Positions 14,859 through 22,880 of a stretch of DNA of 26,033 nt are shown here, piece by piece. The first letter of the stretch is position 1. Each line of letters starts with the position of its first letter. The notes beneath the pieces were generated by a model. That model had not been told where the DNA came from. It saw nothing but the letters and a program-made list of their open reading frames with translations, and did no database searches. This DNA comes from a virus. Its lineage: Duplodnaviria > Caudoviricetes. The position numbers and the translations under genes are program-made. The stretch lies in IMG/VR virus record IMGVR_UViG_3300028586_000071, positions 1-26,033 of that record, one strand, 5' to 3'.

Positions 14859-14874
14859 ATTTCCGAGGTCCGAG

Positions 14875-15051
14875 ATGCTTATCCACCCCCTGCAATTCAT
14901 GACCCCGAGTGCGTCTGAGCAGGTGAAGACCGCCGCGGGCATCAGTTCGCTATCGGCTGCGCTTGAGCGTTCACGCGCCGAAGTCGAGCGGGCATTGGCT
15001 GTTCCTGCCGCCCTGCTTGGACGGCCGAGCGAAGGCATCGGTGGCGCATGA
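14875..15051 (+). CDS. 58-aa hypothetical protein (not in ORF track)
   Basis: RBS GAGGT; MLIHPLQF...EVERALAVPAALLGRPSEGIGGA; ATGA overlap with the next ORF. Confidence 0.6.
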   Translation: MLIHPLQFMTPSASEQVKTAAGISSLSAALERSRAEVERALAVPAALLGRPSEGIGGA

Positions 15052-15293
15052 GCATCGAGTCAGAAATCATCTGGCTGCGCATGCTGGTCCAGATCTGCCG
15101 CGAGCAGGAAGCCTTGCAGGCCGAGAGACTGGACTTCGACGCGTGGTACCAGCGGCGCCAGAGCGACGCACATGCCGCGTACATAAAGCGCACCGACCAA
15201 CACTTGGCATGCGACTGGCGCATCACCCGACCCTCTTCCCCCGAGGAGATCAGCCGGCTCTACAACATTCCATTGAATGAGGCTGAATCGTGA
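15048..15293 (+). CDS. Hypothetical protein, 81 aa
   Basis: 4-nt overlaps on both sides. Confidence 0.65.
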   Translation: MSIESEIIWLRMLVQICREQEALQAERLDFDAWYQRRQSDAHAAYIKRTDQHLACDWRITRPSSPEEISRLYNIPLNEAES

Positions 15294-15544
15294 AGCCGAT
15301 CGCCGAGCAATACCGCGACCAGATCATCCGCAGCGTGGTGCCCGACCGGCCAGCCCTGTGCTACCCGGTGAACAAGCCCGAGGCCCTGGCCGACGTGTGC
15401 AAGCTGCTCGCCGATGGCTACGAGGCCAAGCGCCTTCTGCGCGCCAAGGGCTGGGGCCAGGTCGGCATGACCGTGCTGGAGATCGCGCAGCTGCTGCCGT
15501 GTGCGCCGCAGCGCCCGGCACGGAAGAAGAAAGGAAGACGCTGA
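15290..15544 (+). CDS. Hypothetical protein, 84 aa
   Basis: GTGA overlap at start; TGATG coupling at end. Confidence 0.7.
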   Translation: MKPIAEQYRDQIIRSVVPDRPALCYPVNKPEALADVCKLLADGYEAKRLLRAKGWGQVGMTVLEIAQLLPCAPQRPARKKKGRR

Positions 15545-15777
15545 TGCCCAGGTTGATGGAATGGTGGGAATGGTTGGCCGCAGCAACGGTCATCGCTCTT
15601 CTGGTGAGCATGGGCTGGATGTTGTATGACCTGAGCAGCGCTGAGACCTTCAGCCTGCGCAAGGATGAGTGGGCCTGCACCCGCAACCACACGACCTACA
15701 TGCCGCAGGTCGTTGGCAAGGCCACGGTCTTGATGCCGCGCACGGTCTGCGACCAGTACGAGCGCAAGGCAGGCTGA
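15544..15777 (+). CDS. 77-aa single-TM protein with a two-Cys extracytoplasmic domain
   Basis: Start ATG 15544 (TGATG); WWEWLAAATVIALLVSMGWML; WAC...VCDQY. Confidence 0.7.
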   Translation: MPRLMEWWEWLAAATVIALLVSMGWMLYDLSSAETFSLRKDEWACTRNHTTYMPQVVGKATVLMPRTVCDQYERKAG

Positions 15778-16100
15778 TGGTCTGGGGCACGAAGAGCCGC
15801 CACGAGCGCGGCTACGACTATGCCTGGACCAAGGTTCGGGATGAAGTGATGGAGCGCGACTGCGGCCTGTGCCAAGTATGCCAGCGCGCTGGCCGCGTCA
15901 CCGTTGCATCGCAGGTCGACCACATCATCAGCAAAGCGAACTGCGCGCGCATGAAGTGGACGCGGGCGCAAACCGACGACAAGTCGAATCTGCAGGCCAT
16001 CTGCAAGCCCTGCCACCTGGTGAAGACCGAGGAAGAGCAGGGCAAGCGCAAGCGGCCGCGCACCAAGATCGGCGCCGACGGCTGGCCGGTCCTGGGCTGA
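15777..16100 (+). CDS. Terminase-associated HNH endonuclease (HK97 gp74-like)
   Basis: RGYDYAW...RD.GLCQVC...VDHI...NLQAICKPCH..KT...DGWP; start ATG 15777. Confidence 0.92.
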   Translation: MVWGTKSRHERGYDYAWTKVRDEVMERDCGLCQVCQRAGRVTVASQVDHIISKANCARMKWTRAQTDDKSNLQAICKPCHLVKTEEEQGKRKRPRTKIGADGWPVLG

Positions 16101-16195
16101 GGGCAGGGGGGTATTAAAAGTTCCCGCCCCCTCCCCCTAGGGACCGTCCGGGTACATTCCTTTTCACACCCGCGTTTTGAAACTTTTTTTCCTGG
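16101..16195. other. Probable cos packaging region
   Basis: Non-coding gap between HNH and terS with G-run, C-runs and T-run, the usual cos position in HK97-type phages. Exact cut site not determinable. Confidence 0.55.
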
Positions 16196-16203
16196 AGTAA
16201 CAA

Positions 16204-16674
16204 ATGGCCGGCAGGCGACCCACCCCGACCGCGCTAAAGCTGGTCACGGGTAACGCCGGCAAGCGCGCCATCAACAAAAAAGAACCGAAGCCGCGCACCA
16301 AGGCGCCGACCTGCCCGTCGCACCTCGACGCGAAGTCGAAGCTGGTGTGGAAGAAGTTATGCACACTGCTGCGCGGCATGGGCGTGCTGACCGAGGCCGA
16401 CGGCCTGGCGCTCGAGCGACTGGTCGACTGCTACGCCGACATCCTGGCGTGCAAGGAGTTAATCGAGCGCGACAAGCGCACGTACAAGACGGTCGACCAG
16501 AACGGCAACACTCTCATCAAGAACAACCCCGCGGTGAACCAGCTGCGCGCTGCCGACGCCATGTTCAAAAGCTACCTGGTCGAGTTTGGCCTGACGCCGG
16601 CAGCGCGCTCAAAAGTGGATGTGAACCTGCCCGATGGCGACAAAAAGAAAGACCCTCTCGCCGAGTACTTCTGA
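16204..16674 (+). CDS. terS: Terminase small subunit, P27 family
   Basis: GRRPTPT.LK...GN.GKR; NPAV...EFGLTPAARSKV. Confidence 0.95.
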   Translation: MAGRRPTPTALKLVTGNAGKRAINKKEPKPRTKAPTCPSHLDAKSKLVWKKLCTLLRGMGVLTEADGLALERLVDCYADILACKELIERDKRTYKTVDQNGNTLIKNNPAVNQLRAADAMFKSYLVEFGLTPAARSKVDVNLPDGDKKKDPLAEYF

Positions 16675-18364
16675 CGACCCGGTCACTGCGTACGCCCAGG
16701 CCGTCGTCGACGGCACGCGCATCGCCGGGCCGCACGTGCGCGACCAGTGCTCGCGCCACCTGGCCGACATCGCCGAGGGTGGCAAGCGTGGCCTGGTCTG
16801 GGATCTGGCCGAGGCGAAGAAAGCGATCGGCTTCTACCGCGACATCCTGAAGCTGAATGGCGGCGACTTCGAAGGCCTGCCCTTCGAGCTCCTGCCCTGG
16901 CAGCAATTCGTGGTCGGCAGCATCTTCGGATGGAAGGGCGCCGACGGCTACCGTCGCTTCCGCGTGGTGTACGTGGAGACGGCCAAGGGCAGCGGCAAGT
17001 CGCCGCTGGCCGCCGGCGTCGGCATGAAGGGTCTGGTCGCCGACGGCGAGGCGCGCGCCGAGATCTACTCGGCCGCGACGAAGAAGGACCAGGCGATGAT
17101 CCTGTTCCGCGATGCGACAGCGATGTTCGACCAGTCGCCGGAACTTACGAAGCGGCTGGTCAAGAGCGGCACCGGGGAGAAGGCCTGGAACCTGGCCTAC
17201 CTGCAGACCGGTTCGTTCTTCCGGCCCATCAGCAGCGACGATGGCCAGTCGGGCCCGCGCCCGCACATCGCGCTCGTCGACGAATACCACGAGCACAAGA
17301 CGGCGACCGTGCTGGAAATGCTGCGCGCCGGTACGAAGAGTCGGCGCCAGGCGCTGATCTTCATCATCACGAACGCCGGCGCGAGCCGCAAGTCGCCGTG
17401 CTGGAACTCGCACGAATACGGCGCGAAGGTGGCGTCGGGCGAGCTGATCGACGACGCGTTCTTCCCGTTCATCTGCTCGCTCGACGAAGGCGACGACCCG
17501 TTTGCCGACGAGAGCTGCTGGCCGAAGGCGAACCCGAGCCTGCAGGACGCGAACCTGCCCGGCTACAAATACCTGCGCGAGCAGGTGACCGAGGCGAAGG
17601 GCATGCCCTCGAAAGAGGCCATCGTCCGACGCCTGAACTTCTGCCAGTGGACCGACGCCGAGGCGCCGTGGATCAGCCACGAGATATGGACCAGCGCGAA
17701 GCTCGAATACGACGTCGAGCAGCTGCGTGGCCGCCGCGCGATCGCGGCGATGGACCTCGCGAGCACGACCGACTTGACTGGCCTGGTGTACCTGGTGGAG
17801 CCGGTGGAGCCGGCTGAACCCTGGAAGCTGGTGCCCTACGCCTGGCTGCCGGACGCTGACCTGCAGCGGCGCGCCGAGCAGGACCGCGTCCCGTACGTCC
17901 AGTGGAAGGCCGAAGGCTTCCTAGATACGACGCCCGGCCGCGCAATCAGCAAGCGGATCATCCTGCAGAAGCTGTCCGGCATGTGCGACTTCTTCGAGGT
18001 CATCACGTGCGCATACGACCGCTGGCGGATGGCCGACCTGATCCAGATGGCGGCCGACGACGGCATCACCCTGCCACCGATGAGGGAGTTTGGCCAGGGC
18101 TACAAGGACATGAGCCCGGCCATCGAGCAGTTCGAAACGATGCTGCTCAACGGCGAGCTGGCGCACAACGGCCACAAGGTGCTGACCATGTGCGCCGGTA
18201 ATGCGGTGACTGACTCGGACGCCGCCGGCAACCGGAAGCTCGACAAGGCAAAGGCCACCGGCCGCATCGACTTGATCATCGCTGCGGTGATGGCGGCCGG
18301 CCTGGTCAACATGCTGGAGCCCGAGGCCGAGACCGCACCTGAAATTTACTTCCTGGACTTATAA
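16634..18364 (+). CDS. terL: Terminase large subunit
   Basis: LLPWQ, Walker A KGSGKS, Walker B LVDEYH, ITNAG, nuclease DLASTTD and RIDLIIA. Confidence 0.96.
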   Translation: MATKRKTLSPSTSDDPVTAYAQAVVDGTRIAGPHVRDQCSRHLADIAEGGKRGLVWDLAEAKKAIGFYRDILKLNGGDFEGLPFELLPWQQFVVGSIFGWKGADGYRRFRVVYVETAKGSGKSPLAAGVGMKGLVADGEARAEIYSAATKKDQAMILFRDATAMFDQSPELTKRLVKSGTGEKAWNLAYLQTGSFFRPISSDDGQSGPRPHIALVDEYHEHKTATVLEMLRAGTKSRRQALIFIITNAGASRKSPCWNSHEYGAKVASGELIDDAFFPFICSLDEGDDPFADESCWPKANPSLQDANLPGYKYLREQVTEAKGMPSKEAIVRRLNFCQWTDAEAPWISHEIWTSAKLEYDVEQLRGRRAIAAMDLASTTDLTGLVYLVEPVEPAEPWKLVPYAWLPDADLQRRAEQDRVPYVQWKAEGFLDTTPGRAISKRIILQKLSGMCDFFEVITCAYDRWRMADLIQMAADDGITLPPMREFGQGYKDMSPAIEQFETMLLNGELAHNGHKVLTMCAGNAVTDSDAAGNRKLDKAKATGRIDLIIAAVMAAGLVNMLEPEAETAPEIYFLDL

Positions 18365-19672
18365 ATGACCGGAAAACTACTGAACCTGGAGGCCACGGCG
18401 CAGCCCTCGCGCGTGCTGGGCTCCTGGCTGGCCGGTCGCGATGGCGGCGCGGAGCGGGCGGGCATTGCCGCCCTGGGCGAGAACTCCCACAGCGATCTGT
18501 CGATGAGCGAGCTGGCGAACCTGCTGGGCGCCGCACACCGCTCGTCGTCCGGCGCTGCGGTGACGGCTGAGACAGGCATGCGCGTCTCGGCGGCCTACGG
18601 CTGCATGTCGCTCGTCGCTGGCGCCATCGCTACGCTGCCGATCGGCATCTACGAGCGCAAGGGCAACGAGCGCGATTCCGCCGACCACGAATACTGGTGG
18701 ATGCTGAACGAGAAGGCCAGTGACGGCTGGACCTCGGCTGCCGCCTGGGAGGCCATCATCTTATCGAAGCTGTCGCACGGCGATGGCTTCGGCGAGCTGA
18801 TCCGCCCGCACTTCGGGACGAACCGTGTCATCGGTTGGAAGCCGCTGCCGCGCCACACCGTGACGCCATTCAAGGATGGAAGGGTGGTGCGGTACCGGAT
18901 CACGCCCGGCGACGCGCCGGCGTATGTCCTCGACCGCGCTGACATCATCCACCTGCCCAGCCTGGGTTTCGACGGTCTCACCAGTCCAAGCCCGCTCACC
19001 TATGCGGCGCTGGAAGCGATCGGTACCGCGCTGGCGGCGCAGCAGCATGTCGGCAAGTTCTTCTCGGGCGGCGCCAACTTCGACTATGCGCTGAAGACCG
19101 CGTCGAAGCTCGACAAGGAGCAGCTCGAGCAACTGAAGGCGTCGCTGCTCGCGCGCGTGCAGAACGGCGGGCGTGGCCCGCTGATTCTCGGCGGCGGCCT
19201 GGAGCCGACACAGCTGAGCGTTAATTCGAAGGACGCGGAGATTCTTGCCACCCGGTTGTTCACGGTCGAGGAAATCTGCCGGATCTTCGGCGTGCCGCCG
19301 TCGATGGTCGGACACGGCGGCGCCGTCTCCAACTGGGGTACGGGCGTCGCGCAGCAGGGTATGGGCTTCGTGCGCTACACGCTGCAGCGGCATCTGACGC
19401 CAATCGTTCAGGAGCTGAACAGCAAGTTCTGGCCAGTGCGCGACCGTTTCTTCGTCGAGCACATCACCGCGGCGTTGGAGCGCGGCGACCTCAAGGGCCG
19501 GTACGACGCGTACCGGGTTGCCCTGGGCCGCGCCGGTGAAATGCCGTTCTTGGACGTCGACGAAGTGCGGCGCCTGGAGAACATGCCGAAAAATCCGAAT
19601 TTGCAAATGAATGGAGGCAAGAGTGCCGAAAAGTCTGACCCAGCTCCTGGCGAGCAACAAGAAGCGGCCTGA
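18365..19672 (+). CDS. HK97-family portal protein
   Basis: IATLP...; DIIHL...FDGL..SPL; EEICRIFGVPP.MVG; DEVRRLENM. Confidence 0.96.
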   Translation: MTGKLLNLEATAQPSRVLGSWLAGRDGGAERAGIAALGENSHSDLSMSELANLLGAAHRSSSGAAVTAETGMRVSAAYGCMSLVAGAIATLPIGIYERKGNERDSADHEYWWMLNEKASDGWTSAAAWEAIILSKLSHGDGFGELIRPHFGTNRVIGWKPLPRHTVTPFKDGRVVRYRITPGDAPAYVLDRADIIHLPSLGFDGLTSPSPLTYAALEAIGTALAAQQHVGKFFSGGANFDYALKTASKLDKEQLEQLKASLLARVQNGGRGPLILGGGLEPTQLSVNSKDAEILATRLFTVEEICRIFGVPPSMVGHGGAVSNWGTGVAQQGMGFVRYTLQRHLTPIVQELNSKFWPVRDRFFVEHITAALERGDLKGRYDAYRVALGRAGEMPFLDVDEVRRLENMPKNPNLQMNGGKSAEKSDPAPGEQQEAA

Positions 19673-20372
19673 CCGGCTGCCGCAGTCGCGGATCGTCGCC
19701 AGTGCTGACGAAACCGAGATCTATATCTACGACGCGATCGTGGCGGACGAGGACACCGCTTACTGGTGGGGCGGCGTTTCTGCTGAGGCGCTGGTGCCGG
19801 CCATCCGCAACATCAAGGGCGGCACGATCCACCTGCGCATTAACAGCCCGGGTGGCGACGTGTTCGCAGCGCAGACCATCTGCCAGGCGATCCGCGACAC
19901 CGGCGCTAAGGTGATCGCGCACATCGACGGCTATGCAGCCAGCGCGGCCACCGTGATCTCGATTGCGGCAGACGAGGTCGAGATCGCGGCCGGCGGCTTC
20001 TTCATGATCCACAACGCCTGGACCTGGGCGATGGGCAATGCCAACGACCTGACAGCCACCGCCGTCCTGCTCGGCAAAATCGACAGCAGCCTGGCAGGCC
20101 AATACGCAGCGAAAAGCGGCATGACCGTCGACGATGTGCGCGCCGCGATGGACGCCGAGACCTGGTACACCGCCGAGGAAGCGGTGGCCGTCGGCCTGGT
20201 CGACCGCATTGCCGCGGGCAAGAAGGCTGAGGCCTCCTGGAACATGAGCGCCTATGCCAAGGCGCCGAAGATCGAAAACAAGGAACCCGACCAGGTCGAC
20301 CCGGTCGCTACCGCCGAACACCGCGCCCGCCAGCAGCAACGCATCTCGATGCTGGCCCGCATTGCAAGTTAG
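19623..20372 (+). CDS. ClpP-like head maturation protease
   Basis: INSPGGDVF, DGYAASAA (Ser), MIHN (His), ETWYTAEEAV..GLVD. GTG 19623 follows GGAGG. Confidence 0.95.
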   Translation: MPKSLTQLLASNKKRPDRLPQSRIVASADETEIYIYDAIVADEDTAYWWGGVSAEALVPAIRNIKGGTIHLRINSPGGDVFAAQTICQAIRDTGAKVIAHIDGYAASAATVISIAADEVEIAAGGFFMIHNAWTWAMGNANDLTATAVLLGKIDSSLAGQYAAKSGMTVDDVRAAMDAETWYTAEEAVAVGLVDRIAAGKKAEASWNMSAYAKAPKIENKEPDQVDPVATAEHRARQQQRISMLARIAS

Positions 20373-20396
20373 CTGACGCTCTCGCGCCACTAAGCC

Positions 20397-20421
20397 AGCC
20401 GCCTTCGAGCGGCTTTTTTTT
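20397..20421 (+). terminator. Terminator-like hairpin upstream of the capsid gene
   Basis: AGCCGC-CTTCGA-GCGGCT followed by a T run. Confidence 0.7.
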
Positions 20422-20468
20422 CGCCCCAACCAGGCCGCGAGAGCGGACCACCCACCGAAAGGTAATAC

Positions 20469-21716
20469 ATGAGCAAGCTCGCACAACTGCGCGCCCAGCG
20501 CGACGCCGTGGCCAAGAAGGCCCACGACCTGAACAACAAGTACCCAGCCGACCAGCGCATGCCGGCCGCCGAGGCAAAGGAGCTGGACGGCTACCTGGCA
20601 GACGTCGAGAAGATCGACGAAGAAATCGCTCGCGAGCAGCGTGTGATGCAGCTGGCCGCCGAAACGCCGGAAGGCCAGCACGCCGCGGCGCTGTCCGCTG
20701 CCACTCGCCCGGGCGGTGCACAGACTGACGAAGGCTCGGCCCTGCGGGCGATGCTGACCGGCGGCCTGGGCGCCCTGTCGGCCGAACAGCGTAACGCGAT
20801 GTACGCCCGCGTGAATCCGGACATTCGCGCGGCCATGTCGACCACGACCGCCACCGAGGGCGGCTACACCGTGGCCACCGAGTTCAATACGAACTTGATC
20901 CAGGCAATGAAAGCCGCTTACGCCGTGCGTAGCGTCGCAACCGGCATCCGGACTTCGACCGGCGCGCAGATGCTGTTCCCGACGGCCGACTCGACCAACG
21001 AGGAAGGTGAGATCGTTGGCCAGAACACCGCCGTGACCACTGCCGATACCACCTTCGGCCAGGCATCGATGGACGTGTACAAGTACTCGTCGAAGGCGAT
21101 GTCCCTGCCGTTCGAGCTGCTGCAGGACTCGATGTTCAATGTCGAAGGCTACATCGCCGGTCTCCTGCAACTGCGTAAGGGCCGCATCCACAACCGCCAT
21201 CACACCGTTGGCACCGGTTCCAGCATGCCGCGCGGTATCGTATCCGCTGCGGCGCCTGGCAAGGTCGGCGCGACCGGGCAAACCGTGACCGTCACCTACG
21301 ACGATCTGGTCGACCTGGAGCACTCGGTGGATCCGTACTACCGTCCGGCCGGCAAGTGGATGATGCACGACGACACCTTGCGCGCGTTGCGCAAACTGAA
21401 AGACGGCCAGGGCCGTCCGATCTTCGTGCCAGGCTACGAGCAGGGCAATCCTGGAGGCGCGCCTGATCGCCTGCTGGGTCGCGAGATCATCATCAACCAG
21501 CACATGCCGGTGATGGCCGCGAACGCGAAGTCGATCCTCTTCGGCGACTTCTCGAAGTACCTGATCCGCGACGTCATGGACACCACCCTGTTCCGTATGA
21601 CCGACAGCGCCTTCACTCTGAAGGGCCAAGTCGGCTTCGTGGCGTTCTCGCGCATGGGCGCCAACATGGTCGATGTCGGCGGCGCGATCAAGTACTACCA
21701 GAACAGCGCGTCGTAA
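20469..21716 (+). CDS. HK97-fold major capsid protein with N-terminal delta (scaffold) domain
   Basis: N-terminal coiled coil; EGGYTV; ELLQDS; LRKLKDGQGRP; LLGR; ILFGDFS. Confidence 0.96.
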   Translation: MSKLAQLRAQRDAVAKKAHDLNNKYPADQRMPAAEAKELDGYLADVEKIDEEIAREQRVMQLAAETPEGQHAAALSAATRPGGAQTDEGSALRAMLTGGLGALSAEQRNAMYARVNPDIRAAMSTTTATEGGYTVATEFNTNLIQAMKAAYAVRSVATGIRTSTGAQMLFPTADSTNEEGEIVGQNTAVTTADTTFGQASMDVYKYSSKAMSLPFELLQDSMFNVEGYIAGLLQLRKGRIHNRHHTVGTGSSMPRGIVSAAAPGKVGATGQTVTVTYDDLVDLEHSVDPYYRPAGKWMMHDDTLRALRKLKDGQGRPIFVPGYEQGNPGGAPDRLLGREIIINQHMPVMAANAKSILFGDFSKYLIRDVMDTTLFRMTDSAFTLKGQVGFVAFSRMGANMVDVGGAIKYYQNSAS

Positions 21717-21721
21717 TCGGA

Positions 21722-21752
21722 GCTGGCGGCAGGCCCTGCGCCGGCCGCCAGC
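21722..21752 (+). other. GC-rich hairpin after the capsid stop (mRNA 3' stabiliser or attenuator)
   Basis: GCTGGCGGC/GCCGCCAGC 9-bp stem with no U-tract. Confidence 0.5.
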
Positions 21753-21797
21753 ATCGCAACTCACATGCCCGCTGAAGCGGGAACCCTGGAGAACAGA

Positions 21798-22136
21798 ATG
21801 GTCAAGAAAGCTTCTGCACCTGCAGCGGCGCCGGCCGAGCAGGTGCTCGGCGCGCCGGCGCAGCCGCAAGCCGAACAGCAGCCCGCCGAACAACAACCGG
21901 CTGAGCGGGCAGCGCCGGAAGAGCCAGCGCCCGTGCTGGCCGTTGCCGCTGCCGTTGAATCCGAATCTGCAGCGGCGCCGGCCGATCAGGTACTCGTCAA
22001 AGCCCGCGTCCTGGTGGCATGCGCGCACGGCCAGCCAGACGACGTGGTCGAGCTGAGCGCCGACTTGGCGAAAACCCTGGTCGACGTGGTCGACACCGAT
22101 CCGGCGGCCGTGAAGTACGCCGAGTCGCTGAAGTAA
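21798..22136 (+). CDS. Small post-capsid protein with Ala/Pro/Glu/Gln-rich N-terminus
   Basis: ATG 21798 with GGAG RBS; C-terminal KARVL...G..DDVVEL...VDTDPAAVKYA. Confidence 0.8.
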   Translation: MVKKASAPAAAPAEQVLGAPAQPQAEQQPAEQQPAERAAPEEPAPVLAVAAAVESESAAAPADQVLVKARVLVACAHGQPDDVVELSADLAKTLVDVVDTDPAAVKYAESLK

Positions 22137-22140
22137 GCAG

Positions 22141-22356
22141 GTGGGCATCGGGCCCGCCACCGCCGCACTGCTCGCCGATCTGCGCGAGTGGGCGGCCGAT
22201 CCGGGCGCCTGGTGCTACCCGGTCAAAACCACACGCGGCCGCGCCGTCCTCTTTCCTGAAGACGTCGACGGCCGCACCGATGAACAGCTGGTCGCAGTGA
22301 TCTGCGAGCGGCTGAACGAAAACCGAACACGAGGCCAGCATGTCCGCGCAGAGTGA
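22141..22356 (+). CDS. Hypothetical protein, 71 aa
   Basis: Fills the gap between flanking genes; GC3-rich codons. Confidence 0.55.
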   Translation: MGIGPATAALLADLREWAADPGAWCYPVKTTRGRAVLFPEDVDGRTDEQLVAVICERLNENRTRGQHVRAE

Positions 22357-22810
22357 CAATTTTGAAAACAAGTATATCGACTGGCTGTTCCGCGCGCAGG
22401 CGCTGGGCCTGGCCGGCGCGACCGCTGGCGCCGGCACCGGCCCGGCCACGGTGTACATCAGCCTGAAGCTGGCGGCCGACACGGACGCCGCCCAGGGCGC
22501 AGAGGTTTCCGGCGGCGGCTACGCGCGCGTGGCGGTCACCTCGTCGCTGGCCAACTGGGCCGGCACGCAAGGCGCCGGCACCACGGCGGTGTCGAGCGGA
22601 ACCAGCGGCACGACCTCGAACAACAACGCCATCACGTTCCCAACGCCGAGCGCTGCATGGGGCCAGGCGGTTGGCTTCGGCGTGCACGATTCACTGACCG
22701 GCGGGGTCGAGCTGTTCTATGCGCCGCTGGCAGCGCCCAAGACCATCAACAACGGTGACCCCGCCCCGTACTTCGCGCCGGGCGCACTGACCATCCAATT
22801 AGACAACTGA
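22340..22810 (+). CDS. Virion structural protein (fibre/appendage-base type)
   Basis: ENKYIDWLFR...EVSGGGYARV...NNAITFP..SA.WG...D..TGG..L...KTI..GD...F.PGAL pattern of small phage fibre-associated proteins; RBS GAGG. Confidence 0.75.
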   Translation: MSAQSDNFENKYIDWLFRAQALGLAGATAGAGTGPATVYISLKLAADTDAAQGAEVSGGGYARVAVTSSLANWAGTQGAGTTAVSSGTSGTTSNNNAITFPTPSAAWGQAVGFGVHDSLTGGVELFYAPLAAPKTINNGDPAPYFAPGALTIQLDN

Positions 22811-22880
22811 CCTTGACGCCTGCGCCTTTGCGCTGGCGACTAGAAATCTTCACTCGGCGCGCAGAAGGCGAACCCTGAAA

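Noticed and set aside
14630-14860. Phage tRNA after Q
   Set aside because: No TTCGA T-loop within a cloverleaf and no acceptor stem with CCA.
9401-15776. N-terminal extensions of track ORFs starting 9401, 11414, 12719, 13053, 13433, 15277, 15669
   Set aside because: They overlap upstream genes; internal coupled or RBS-supported ATGs give better starts.
16565-17817. 371-aa (-) and 356-aa (+) ORFs inside terL
   Set aside because: Alternative-frame shadows of a well-supported gene.
19491-22160. 889-aa minus-strand ORF
   Set aside because: Antisense shadow of the protease and capsid genes, expected with high-GC3 codon usage; no motifs.
22813-22847. Internal moron promoter for the LamG-SGNH gene (TTGACG...TAGAAA)
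   Set aside because: The spacer is about 22 bp, too long for sigma70.
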